Shown in pieces: positions 38,761 to 50,566 of a DNA stretch of 64,000 nt; within the stretch, counting starts at the first letter, position 1; every line of letters begins with the position of its first letter. Origin of the DNA: Rhizodiscina lignyota (taxonomy: Eukaryota); assembly GCA_010015805.1 (NCBI GenBank), contig ML978130.1, forward strand, positions 1 through 64,000, written 5' to 3'. Both the position numbers and the translations under genes were made by a program. The notes under the pieces are model-generated. The model saw only the letters and a program-made list of their open reading frames with translations. It searched no databases and had not been told where the DNA came from.

Positions 38761-39132
38761 GACTTTGAACGGGCATTGATTTGCTAATTTGTAGCTGCAT
38801 ATCGGCTAAGCTTTGGCCTACTACGAGGAATTTCATGACTAAATTACGTCCACTATTTTAGGGAACCCTCTGTCATTTTCAAATCCAATCAAGAATTAAT
38901 CATGCTTATATACAGGAGTGCAGGGGGCGGACTCGGCGGAGATTACATGCCATTTCTGACAGTTTAGGATAATTCCAATAGTAGTGTTTAAACATGTAAC
39001 CTCTCTATTTCTATTTTTCTATTTTAAAGGCCACGTCTTACTCCGCGGTTCCTACCTCTTTGTCAACAACCTCTCCCTCCATATTTTGAGCCTACACCAC
39101 TGCACTCCTCATTTACCGCAGGAGCCATTAGC

Positions 39133-40119
39133 ATGAGTTCAAGCGCTATACGTCCAGTTGAGATGCAGGTAGGTAGCAGCAAGAATAGCCACGATTGTCT
39201 TACTGGCTACCGAACCACGACTAACAGTGCCTTCCTTTCAGGTGATAGGTGCTGGCATCGGCCGGACAGGAACAACATGTATGTTGTGCCTAAGGCCCGT
39301 TCAGGTAACAACACGATTACTTACTCTTCGCCACTTCGCAGCTCTTAGTGCCGCATTGGAAATACTGGGGATCTCTCCGACGTACAACTGGGCCGCACTG
39401 GAGGCATCCTCCGACTATGCTATTGATTTCTGGGTCCGTCAACTGAATATAAAGAGAAGTGGCAAATATCAAGCTTCGGATGGCATATGCAGAAATGCTA
39501 CTGTATGGGACGAAATTCTCCGCGACTATGCAGCCATCGCCGATGCACCAGGCAATGAGTTTGCTACAGACTTAGCGCATGCATATCCCAACGCAAAAGT
39601 TATCCTCACCGTGCGTGACTCGCCAGAAGCGTGGCTGGCGAGCTGGAATAAAACGATATACGCGCAGCAACTGACCTGGCGCGACTCTTGGAGCATGCGT
39701 GTGATGAGGGCGATTGATGAATTCACAGGCCGCGAAAGTAAAACCGACAGAATTATGGTCCCATTATCAGGCGGAAATTGGTTGCTTATGAACCGCAGCT
39801 TGCGTGGTACAACGATTTCCAGGAACATGTACACAAGAACGTACCGGCCGATAGATTGCTGGAATACAACGTCAAAGAGGGATGGGAGCCTCTATGTCAC
39901 TTCCTTGGCAAGGAGATTCCAGATGTAGCGTTCCCTCACGTCAACGATGCGGCTGCATTCCATGACGGAACTGAAAATGCAATGCGCAAGCAGCAGGAAC
40001 GGCTTCAGTGGCTTGTGCTCGGAACCTGTTTATTTATAGTCGCCCCTGGCGCGTTGATGTTGGGATCTTTGACAAGGTTTCTGGGCACGGCGCTTCATCT
40101 CGCTATGCTCAGTTCATAA
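39133..40119 (+). CDS. P-loop sulfotransferase-like protein (Sulfotransfer_4 type) with C-terminal TM; one apparent -1 frameshift near 39761
   Basis: Spliced MQ|VIGAGIGRTGTT|SLSAALEILG, AYPNAKVILTVRDSPEAW; then in the shifted frame VPADRLLEYNVKEGWEPLCHFLG..FPHVND. Confidence 0.8.
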
Positions 40120-40206
40120 CCATCGATAACATGAAATAGTTCAAACACGACGCTCTCAAAGCTGGTTCAAACAGCCTGTATCTGCTAGAATTCGACCGAG
40201 TATTTC

Positions 40207-42262
40207 CTATTTCGGGCAAATTCGAAAGCGCACCAAAGTTCCGAACGCAAAGCCGAGGAGTTGTGGCAATTCTCCCAGACACCACCACCAGTTCCATTGC
40301 TCAATCCTATACTCGGGTTTCGGGAGCCGAGGCTGAATTCTGCCATCGAAAGATGAATGTCGCTCCAGAAGCTCTCGTCGAGGAGGCACAGTGGGTGGCA
40401 GCACGGCGTAAGCCAGTGGAGCAAGCAAGTCGAAATAATCCTCCAGATCCATGCCGGGGGCCAGAGTATGAGTCCAAATGTGTCGGCATACTGCTTCCTG
40501 ATCAACAGAGTCTCGGGCAGTCGATATTGCTCTGCCAACGAACCCAAGAACAAGAGTCACGACGAGAATATGGTACCACAAGCCTTGATGGAGCACCATA
40601 GTACTCAAACGCCGCAGAAGTGACGGCCTTGACGGTTTATCCCTCTCCCTGAGTGACGAATCTAGCATACCTGTCGGAATAAACGTGATAGGCGTGCCTG
40701 CTAAGGCACGTGGCAGAAGTTCTCGTACAGTGCCCATGGAAATGTATGGACTGAGCCACACGTATCCTTGCTTTCTACGCTTGACCTCACGATAGCCGCA
40801 GTAGCTGCCAGCGACCAAGCTTTCTAGGCGGTAGAGCAGGCTGATAAGCCATGCTATGGCGATCATATGCTCAAGATCATTTTTATTCTTCGCGATGACC
40901 AGTGGCTTTTCGGAGGACATAAGCAGTAGGATAGCCCAGCTCCGGAGAGTTCTATTGATTGCCGAAAGATACGGGCTCAATGTCCAAGAGAGTTGTACAG
41001 CACGCTGTTGCCAGGTTACATGCGGCAACAGTGCAGTATTGAAGCCGAAGCCGAGGATTTTGCCGGCACGTATTGTCCCCACATTCTGCCGACGTCAGAA
41101 GATGTAAGATTCATATCAAGAAACTTTAATATCGCTTACCCATTTCAAACGCTGACCGATATAGCCAGCTATTGTGTCGGGTACGAGACCCCATTGTAAT
41201 TGCTCGTGGCAAAGAATCGTATGCCATCCACGTCCATTCAGAAGCATACCGCATAGTACATCTTCCATCAATGCCCGTGTGTTAAAGCCGCCGATATCGA
41301 CAAGCGCTTTCCGGCGAAACAATACCCCCGGCCCAGTCTCCCATGCTGCTCCAATACTATCACGCTGTAGTTGATCCGAGTGGTTGAAAACGTACATCGA
41401 TTGAAAGAGAGGGTCATTGGTCGGTAAATTGTAGTAGCTCTGAGGGACGATAGCAACACCACCGTCTGGATCGAGCAGTAAGTGACCCAGACAGGCGCGG
41501 AGGAAGTCTGCTTCTAGAATCATGTCGGCATCTGTGAAGGCGCAAAACTCTGTACGGTCGCCAAGGGTGTCCAAATGGCTAAGCGCTGCGTTCATGTTGC
41601 CGGCTTTGTAGCCCATTTTGGAACCTGCTCTCCCAGGTCGGCGATAGTATAGCAGCTCGCAAGGCGCATCCTTCTTCAAGGCATGTATGGCCTCCTGCAG
41701 CGAATCATCGTTGCCGTCGTCGGATACGAGCACCCTGAATCGGTCGGATGGATAGTTCTGTGCACACGCGGCTCGGGCGGTGTCCAAGATTACGTCGATG
41801 TTTTCGCCACAGGTAACAATTATGACATCCACTGCCGGTACTGTGTCGCCTACCAGCCGTGTTTTTCGTCTTGTTCGACTCGGTTGCAGGGTGCAAAAAC
41901 GCCAACCCTCTTCGGAAACAAGGGCGACTGCGGTACTCTCAGTTACGTTCAGGCAGGCAGTTTGGGTTGCACGTACGCAGTAGAGAAACCTGCGTCCCAA
42001 TGAATCCCCAAGCCACTGCTGCCTGGCCGGGCTGCGCGTGATGTGCGGCCTTTGCCAGCAAGCGAATCAAATAGACCTGCAATAGCCATAGAAGAATTGT
42101 CAATGGTCTCCACACGACCTCAGCGACTGCTCTAGTCCATCTTTGCGTGGCCGACGTGGGTGGTAAGACTTCAACCGACTGCTGGATCGTGTACTTGCAG
42201 TCTGGCGACTCTGGCCCGGCAACGAATGTGACGGTTTCGTGCGAAGGCATGCGTGAAAGCAT
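40207..42262 (-). CDS. Processive cellulose-synthase-like glycosyltransferase family 2 (introns 41928-41976 and 41086-41139)
   Basis: Two N-terminal TMs, DVIIVTCGE, DDG, KAGNMN, DAD, PQSYYN, MED, QRLKW (QxxRW variant), FIPTG, multiple C-terminal TMs. Confidence 0.9.
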
Positions 42263-43205
42263 TCTTCATATCGCGTTTGAGGAATATATGCCCCAAGCAT
42301 GTGTATTATATACAACATTTATTGCTCAAAGGACTTGGTTTCCTATTTTGAAAGTGCGATGAGAGGCAACTGTAAACCGCTCCACTTATTACGTTGCTAA
42401 TATTTTAATTAATGCCCTAACTATTCGTTTGCTTACAATTTTGTTCTCGTGGGTTAAATGGCGAGGAATTTTACAACAACACGCATAAACAGCTTTGGAA
42501 TGCAGCGGCCTTTCTAGTTCTAAAATGCCTTATTTCGAAACATTATTCTAACCCTTCCTACCACCCTCTAGTTGGGGTCGTCTTACTGCTTATTCGATGT
42601 TAAACATACATCATCTTATAAATACACGGTATTCCGTTTCGTGGCAAAATACTAAGGAAAGGCGGTCTTTATTGCTAAACAACATAAAATTCTTAGATTA
42701 GAATATTCTACTTTCTCTCTTCTAGCGATTGGTAATTCCCACTTCTGGAAAAGATTTAATGGAGCTAACCCAAATTAGTCCATAGCTGACCCCAACCCGC
42801 TTTATTTGTTTATGAAGCATTCCCTCCTAACCAGGGCAAATTCCTTATCAAATGATGAATTTGGATTGCTCGGGGTGGCGATATCATTTCGGTTGTCTCT
42901 GCTAGCTGCCATCTGACATGATAGAGGTTATATCACGTCACTTTACAACCGGTTATTACCACATCGGTGGTGCGGCCGCATATAATTATGGAGTGGAGAT
43001 AAATTCGGCGACCAGATGAAGTCGGTTAAGGCATCCTCACCGAACCGATGCTGGTAAGCCCAGACGTCTAGCCAAGTCAAATCTTACTCACATATGATAC
43101 TAATTATGTTTACTTGGCTCAGATACAAAAAGAACCGCAAAAATCGCCCACTAGCACACTACATACGCCGTCTCTCATATGTAGATCAGGTTTTAAGGCG
43201 TAACG

Positions 43206-44265
43206 ATGAATGGAATAAGTCCTAAGCACCGCGTCCTCGTAACCGGGGGGGCTGGCTTCCTTGGATCGAGACTGGTGTCGTCTCTACTTAGAAGGGGACA
43301 TGAAGTCATTGTATTGGACAATTTCTGCACAAGCTTTCCGTCTTCTCTCGCAGAGTTCCAAGATAACCCGGCCTTCTCTTTCGTACAGTAAGTGGGATCC
43401 AAATGTCAACATCAGCAAAATTCTCGCCATACTAATGAACTTCAGAGCCAACGTTACGGAGCCACTTTCAGACTCTCTCAAAGTTTCTCGCATATATCAC
43501 CTCGCCTGTCCCGCCAGCCCTGTGCTTTTTACGCAACAGCCACTCGAAATCCTAGACACATGTTACCAAGGTACCCGGAACATTCTCGAGGCGGCGCACA
43601 GATGGGGTGCACGGGTCTTGCTAGCAAGCACGTCGGAAGTGTATGGACAGGCCGAACGAAACCCGCAGGACGAGAAGTATCGGGGCAATGTAAATTGCTT
43701 TGGCCCACGCGCCTGTTACGACGAAGGAAAACGTGTGGCTGAGGCACTGGCCTATGCGTACCGGACGCAGCGCTCCCTAGAAATTCGTATTGCTCGGATC
43801 TTCAATACCTATGGACCCGGCATGCATGCCAGTGACGGTCGTGTAGTTTGCAGTTTTGTTGGTGCCGCTATCGAGGGAAAGGACTTGATCATCAAAGGGG
43901 ATGGCAAATCCACTAGATGTTTTCAGTTCGTTGATGATTGTATCACAGGCCTCGAGAGTCTGATGGAGAGCAATTGGTCAGGCGGTCCGGTTAATATTGG
44001 AAGTGAAAAGGAGACGACGGTATATGAGCTGGCTGAGGCCGTCATCAACGCGGTATCAGCACTGACAGGGCGTCCAAAAGCGAGGATAGTGTACAGTGAA
44101 GCCCTTCCTGATGATCCAGTCCAAAGGAGGCCTAACTGTACATTGGCGAGGAAGATTCTAGGATGGGAAGCCCGGACACCTCTATCAGAAGGGTTGTCTC
44201 ACACGATCGATTGGCATCTAAACCTTTACTTTATAAGAGACTATAGAATAAAGCTAGTTAACTGA
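43206..44265 (+). CDS. UXS1: UDP-glucuronate decarboxylase (UDP-xylose synthase); intron 43388-43445
   Basis: [69 protein letters not shown]. Confidence 0.92.
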
Positions 44266-44559
44266 GATAATAAAGTCTTAAGAAATTGTAAAAAATTTTC
44301 ATGATATTGAGACTTTTTAACGCCCCACTACTTAGGGGGACAGGATGTAATATTATTAAAGTTTACCGAGAATGTACTCTACCTGGCTAGTCGGAATTGC
44401 TACTTGAAATCCCTGAAGCACACGTCAGATAAGCTTCCCCCCACTCGTCAGTGGACGTGGCCAGTAGGGACTGATGGCCTTGGGTACTAAAGCTCAACCA
44501 CACTCCCATTTGAAATTTGAAGAGAAATTCCGCGACGCTTGTCGGCCACGACCAAAAGA

Positions 44560-45858
44560 ATGCAGCGAATACAATGGGTCGATGGTTTGAGAGGCATTGC
44601 CGCTTTTCTCGTCACTTTCAATCATTTTTTCAATGGGGAGATTGAAGCACCCTTCCGGTCTTTCTGGGCACACCCCAGCGATGCCAACCGCCATCTCATC
44701 CAGCTGCCCCCGATCCGCATTCTCTGGGCTATGGATGCGATGGTGCCTCTGTTCATGGTCATCTCAGGATATTCCATTTCTCGCAGCCTCATACATACCC
44801 GAGAGACGCGACCAGACCGACTGACGGCACATTTCCGGTCCTCCTTCTGCCGTCGTCCCTTCCGGCTATTTCTCCCGGTCCTGCTCCTTTCCATTACAAC
44901 CCAGATACTTTTCTTCTTCGACATTTTTCACCATATATTCAGGCCCAGAATCTACCAACTGGTCCAGCCGGGCGTTGCACCCTGTCGTCATGTTGGCTTC
45001 CTGATCGAGTATATGATGGACTCGTTAAATCTGTTCGACCCTCAATGGAACGACGGTATCAACGAGCCGTTATGGACAATGCCTATAGAATATCGCGGAT
45101 CCTGCATCATATACTTCATCATCATTATCCAAGCCTCGTGGAAGCCAGTCCCTCGGATCTGGAGCTTAGCATGTCTCATGTTGTACATATGGTGGTATGC
45201 TTACTGGGCCGTGTTACCCTTCGTGGGAGGGCTGATGCTGGCTGAGATCCAGACAGCATTCCCTAGTTGTTTGACCATCCGCCGGGGAACTGGGCGTTGT
45301 GCACAGGTCGTCGCACTCACCGTGGGCTTGTATCTTCTCTGTCTTCAATCCTCGGATGGCTATCCCCCTGGATACGGGTTCCTTGTAAAGGCTCAGACGT
45401 GGCACTGGACGCAGTACTCCACCTGGCTCGATACGCAGCGCATGTGGCACGGAGTGGGCGCAATTCTCTTTTTCCTGGGAGCCTTAGACGCCCTGTGGAT
45501 CCATCGGCTGCTCTGTACCGGGCCTGTGCAAACGATGGGTCGGCTTTCGTATGCTGTTTACTTGGTGCACTTCGCAATTTATCTTCTTTGGCGAGCCCCA
45601 CTTCGTGACGCTCTCTGGCGGGGCATCACGAAGTCCGAGTATCCTGGGGTCGAAACGGCAACGGCTGAACGTCTGGGACTGTTTCTCTGTGTGTATGTGG
45701 TCGCGGGCCTAATATTGGGCTCCGTGGTTGTTCTGACAGCGCAACTGTATATGGAATATGTTGACGGGAAGGTCGTTCGTCTTTCGAGGGCTATTGATCA
45801 ATGGCTGAATAGCAGGGACTTGAAGGAGCCTAACCAGATAAGAGACAAGTCCTCTTAG
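44560..45858 (+). CDS. Membrane O-acyltransferase, acyltransferase-3 (OafA-like) family, intronless
   Basis: WVDGLRGIAAFLVTFNH, FMVISGY, RRPFRL, LWTMPIEYRGS, GRLSYAVYLVH; many hydrophobic segments. Confidence 0.92.
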   Translation: MQRIQWVDGLRGIAAFLVTFNHFFNGEIEAPFRSFWAHPSDANRHLIQLPPIRILWAMDAMVPLFMVISGYSISRSLIHTRETRPDRLTAHFRSSFCRRPFRLFLPVLLLSITTQILFFFDIFHHIFRPRIYQLVQPGVAPCRHVGFLIEYMMDSLNLFDPQWNDGINEPLWTMPIEYRGSCIIYFIIIIQASWKPVPRIWSLACLMLYIWWYAYWAVLPFVGGLMLAEIQTAFPSCLTIRRGTGRCAQVVALTVGLYLLCLQSSDGYPPGYGFLVKAQTWHWTQYSTWLDTQRMWHGVGAILFFLGALDALWIHRLLCTGPVQTMGRLSYAVYLVHFAIYLLWRAPLRDALWRGITKSEYPGVETATAERLGLFLCVYVVAGLILGSVVVLTAQLYMEYVDGKVVRLSRAIDQWLNSRDLKEPNQIRDKSS

Positions 45859-46628
45859 GATTAGATCGTATAGTAATTAAACTACGAATCTACGTCGGCG
45901 TTTAATATGTAAACTTCGTCGGACTTAGTAATAGCTTGTTGCTAACTACTTAAGTATTCCACCTTAGAACGCGTTGCGTTCCTGCTATTTCACCTATTTA
46001 CCTCTCTTATTACTAGCCCGGAACGCGTCGTAATTCTATAGAGGGGATTCTGCTTATAGAAACCTGTGAAGATAAATGAACTTGGCAGGTGTCTACGAAT
46101 GGCTATCGCAAATACTTACTATTGCCGGAGATGGAATGGGAGAAGATTTGTCTGTTGTAAGGGGAAGAAGTTTCTGCATGTTAGTGGTAGACTCTCTTAG
46201 CGAATTTTGTTCCTTCTGAGGAATATGCTTGTATTTCATGTAAAGCCGCTACTAGGTTCTGTGAAGCTTGTAATAATTCTTGAGAACTAATTGCACAGAA
46301 AGGTGTAAGAGAGAAACATGCGCAGAGTACAAGAAGTGCTTGCAACCGCAGCACGCACTGCATCTGAAAGACAGAGCAGCTTGTTTAAAACTATAAGATA
46401 CCGAGGCTTTTTTCTCTCTCAAATTGGATATTTGGCTTGCAACGGGCAGTATCATGCACAATGTCGCTGACTGTCTGTTACCCCTCAACTCTCCGCATTT
46501 GATCGGTAGGTATTCGGTGGCGCCGAAGCTGTCTACGCGACAATCGTAACATCTTGCAATTCACTCAGAAACGACAGTGGACTCTTATCTAATTGAGCCG
46601 TAATTGAACTTCGTATCCTGCATCAAAT

Positions 46629-48068
46629 ATGACAGCAAATGGAGAGTCATTCACGATCCCAAGGACATACAAGGCTGTAGAGTATGACAAGCCAGGCACC
46701 ATTAGCACAAAGGTAGTTGAGAGGCAAACGCCGGAGCCGCGGACGGGAGAAGTGCTTGTTCGATTGTAAGATTAATTGCTTTAAACTATGAGAGATGTAG
46801 CTAAAATTGCGGCAGAACACATTCTGGGTATGCATAACGAAGCCGTATGGTTCCGACGCCAATCGCTATATTATTTTCCCAAACATCATGAGATGGAATC
46901 TGAGGTCTGCGCACATCACACTAATCTGCGTCCATGATACAGAGTCTGCCACTCCGATGCCGCCATCATGGTGAGTAAACGACAGAAAGCTATGCGCTGT
47001 GTGCGACGAAACCGATCCTTGGGAAATAATCTGACATTTCCGAACAGCAAAATCTATGGAAGGGCTTCCAGCCAACGCAGCCAGGCCATATCGGAGGTCA
47101 CGAGGGCGTTGGAATCGTTCATAAGATGGGGCCTGGGACTGAAATGAGCTCCATTCAAGTCGGTAATCGTGTCGGAATCAAGTGGGTCGCATCAATGTGC
47201 GGCTCGTGCCGTGCGTTCTCCTCCGCGGCGCTGTTTATTGTTCTCAATTAACAGACTTCAGCGGCATGCATTGAAGGTCTTGAATCGCGCTGTGCGAACG
47301 GAAAGAAGAGTGGATATACTGGACCAGGAACATTTCAACAATATCTGACAAGGTAAATACAGCTTTCACGCTGCATGAACAGTATCGATTGACCCGAGTA
47401 GCCCCGCAAACTATGTCACGCCAATTCCGGATGGACTCGACTCTGCTGACGCTGCACCAATGCTGTGTGCCGGGATAACGGTCTATACTGGACTGAAGAA
47501 GACCAACGCTCAGCCAGGACAGTGGGTCGTAATTACAGGTGCTGGCGGAGGACTTGGCCACATAGCCACTCAGCTTGGGTCCCACGGCATGGCACTTCGT
47601 ATCATTGGAGTGGACCATGGGTCAAAAAAAGACCTTGTGCTGGAGAGCGGTGCCGAAGCCTTCGTAGACATCACTCAGTTCGATGATACCTCCATCGTCG
47701 AGGAGGTGAAACGCATTACTGGAGGACGCGGAGCTCGCGCCGCAGTTGCTTGCACGGGCAACAATCGCGCGTATGCTCAAGCGCTCGCGATGCTAGGTCT
47801 CAATGGAACGCTAGTTTGTGTCGGCGTGCCGGAGGGAGATGCGGTGTTGATTCCTGGTTCGGATCCAAGATCGATCATTTTCCGAGGCCTGAACATTACG
47901 TACACGTCTGTTGGGAATAGGAGAGATGCGATTGAGGTGCTTGATTTTGCGAAGAGAGGGGTTGTGAAGAGCCATTCAAGAGTCGAGAAGATGGAGGATT
48001 TGACAAAGGTGTTTGAAGAGATGAGTCAGGGGAAACTGCAAGGGAGAGTCGTGCTAGATTTAGAGTAG
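46629..48068 (+). CDS. Zinc-dependent alcohol dehydrogenase (6 exons, including a 12-nt microexon)
   Basis: Spliced [48 protein letters not shown]. Confidence 0.92.
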
Positions 48069-48309
48069 AATAGCCACTTCGAAGCACCTGATACAGTAAC
48101 TAGTCAGGTCGCAATAGCGACAGATAGCGGTGAGTTCGTTCAATTAATCATTGAACACTCCGTGGGCGAGTAGGATACCGGCTCAAAATGGAAATTTTCA
48201 ACCAATGTCAAACTGGCACAACGCTGCTCTACATGTGACTTTCAGTGCTGAAATTTGAATGAACTAGCTTCGGTGTCGATGATCGTAGTGGAAGACTGAA
48301 GGGCTGTGC

Positions 48310-48310
<1 letters not shown>

Positions 48311-48343
<33 letters not shown>
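48311..48343. repeat. (AG)n microsatellite
   Basis: About 16 AG units. Confidence 0.95.
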
Positions 48344-48349
<6 letters not shown>

Positions 48350-48937
48350 CTCGCATAAACCTCGGAGATGCTGGATCATTCGGAGATTTTAGAGATACCG
48401 AATGTTTCCGGGCCGCCAGCTTCCGTTACTCTACGATAATGTCGTCTGCCCTTCCCTGCCATCGAACCGAGAATAGTTTACCAATGCTTCGAATGCCCAG
48501 CTTCAAAGAATACATCACGTTCTTTTTAGACGCTGGGAACTTCTGCTTCCAAAGCCTCCTCAAAAGTGCAGAAACCTCCTCCGCCTTCCGCTTCAGCTTT
48601 TCCGACGGGAATATCCGTGGACGACTAAACAACAATAGGTACTCTGTGCAGATTATGGAATCAGCTCCAATCCGGAAAAGATAAGAAGAATTCGAAAACA
48701 TTGCCAAGATGCGCGTCGGCAGCCCACAGTTCTTAAGCATAATGGTAAGAACTAACTCCGCCAATTAAGCTCGTGATTGGTGGGTTTCTTCCCGAGATAC
48801 TAGGCACAGCGATCTGAATAGCCGCAACGAAACCGTCTGACATGGTTCGGACCTCCATTCTTAACAGTCGAAATTGCAACTCTTGAACAACCCCCATTGC
48901 GATTGTTGCCGCAATAAGAGAACCATACTAATTCGAC

Positions 48938-50437
48938 ATGGCTCAAATTAACGGGTCAGCCAGTCCTCGGAAGCTGAAGAATCCATCCCTCTTCATCACC
49001 AAGGGCTTCATCAATGGAGAATGGGTAGACGCAAAATCAGGAAAGACGTTCGACGTCTTCAACCCTTCAACAGGCGAAAAGATTGCCACTTTTCCCGAGA
49101 TGGACCCTGGAGATGTCGCAGAAGCAGCAAAGCACGCTGCAGCAGCCTTTCAATCCTGGAGAGCAATCAGCCCGAAGAAGAGAGCAGACATCATCCGCAA
49201 GTGGGCCAACTTGATGATAGAAAATGCCGATGATATTGGCACGCTTATGACGATGGAGAACGGCAAGCCGTTCCCTGAAGCAAAGGGCGAGGCCATCTTT
49301 GCCGCCAACTACCTAGAATTCTACGCTGGCGAGGCAGAGCGAGCGTACGGCGACGTCATCCCCACAGCAAACACCTCAACTCGAGCATTCGCATTGAAGC
49401 AGCCGATTGGTGTTGTCGCTTGCTTGTGCCCGTGGAACTTTCCTGCAGCAATGATCACGAGAAAGGCCGGAGGAGCACTTGCGGCAGGCTGCACGACAGT
49501 TGTCAAGCCTGCCGGCGAGACGCCGCTCACTGCAAATGCAATCACGTATCTGGCTGCTCAAGCAGGCATTCCAAAGGGCGCAATCAACGTGATTCACTGC
49601 ATGGCAAACTTGATCGACGTCGGCAAAGCGTTATGCGAGAACAAGGACATCCGCAAACTCTCGTTTACTGGCTCTACGGCTGTCGGAAAACTCCTCATGT
49701 CTCAATGCTCTTCCACTCTCAAGAAACTGTCTATGGAACTTGGCGGAAACAGCCCGTTCATTGTCTTCGACGACTGCCCCGTCGGAACGGCAATCCAGAC
49801 GTTGATAGGAGCAAAGATTCGGAATTCTGGTCAGACTTGTGTTTCCGCAAATCGTGTGTACGTTCAACGAGGCGTCTATGATGCTCTGGGTAAAGCACTT
49901 GCTGCAAAGTTCAAGACCCTCAAGACTGGAGATGGCTTTGAAGCAGGCGTTCAAGTTGGACCATTGACGGTTGATCGGGGAATTCAAAAGGTCGAGCGAC
50001 ACGTCCAGGATGCAGTCAGCAAGGGCGCAAAACTCCTCCAGGGCGGAAAGCGCATCGAGGGCAAAGGCAATTTCTTCGAACCGTCTGTCCTTGTCGACAT
50101 GAAGCCCAACATGATCTCTTACAGCGAAGAGTTCTTTGCACCAGTTGTCGCTCTTTACCCATTCGACACCGAAGAAGAAGTGATCCAGCTTGCGAACAAT
50201 GCTGACGTCGGTTTGGGAAGCTACATCTGCACCAACGATATTGCGCGGATGTGGAGAGTTGCAGAACGACTTGAAACTGGCATGGTTGGTGTCAACACTG
50301 GCATGCTTGCTTCCGGAGAGCTGCCATTCGGAGGCGTCAAGCACAGTGGGTTTGGCAATGAGGGCGGAAAATGGGGCGTCGAAGAGTTCATGGTTGTCAA
50401 GACAATAGTTGTATCTGTTCCGCAAGCAAAGATTTGA
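48938..50437 (+). CDS. Succinate-semialdehyde dehydrogenase (ALDH5 family), intronless
   Basis: PWNFPAAMITRK, KPAGETP, SFTGST, ELGGNSP, RNSGQTCVSANR, EEFFAP, PFGGVKHSG. Confidence 0.93.
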   Translation: MAQINGSASPRKLKNPSLFITKGFINGEWVDAKSGKTFDVFNPSTGEKIATFPEMDPGDVAEAAKHAAAAFQSWRAISPKKRADIIRKWANLMIENADDIGTLMTMENGKPFPEAKGEAIFAANYLEFYAGEAERAYGDVIPTANTSTRAFALKQPIGVVACLCPWNFPAAMITRKAGGALAAGCTTVVKPAGETPLTANAITYLAAQAGIPKGAINVIHCMANLIDVGKALCENKDIRKLSFTGSTAVGKLLMSQCSSTLKKLSMELGGNSPFIVFDDCPVGTAIQTLIGAKIRNSGQTCVSANRVYVQRGVYDALGKALAAKFKTLKTGDGFEAGVQVGPLTVDRGIQKVERHVQDAVSKGAKLLQGGKRIEGKGNFFEPSVLVDMKPNMISYSEEFFAPVVALYPFDTEEEVIQLANNADVGLGSYICTNDIARMWRVAERLETGMVGVNTGMLASGELPFGGVKHSGFGNEGGKWGVEEFMVVKTIVVSVPQAKI

Positions 50438-50566
50438 GCTGGGATTTTAAAAGTCAGTCATCTGGGTAGCACTCGAAAAATTGAAATCGAATCTTGTACT
50501 CCGCTGAGCTCGCCGCTGCATACTCCATATATGCCGAGAAAAGTAAACTGATGCTACTTTGACAGA

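Noticed and set aside
43206..44265. Alternative call as dTDP-glucose 4,6-dehydratase
   Set aside because: HLACPASP and [11 protein letters not shown] are characteristic of UDP-glucuronate decarboxylases
49631..50425. 264-aa antisense ORF over SSADH (and similar antisense ORFs over other genes)
   Set aside because: Shadow frames caused by codon bias of the sense gene
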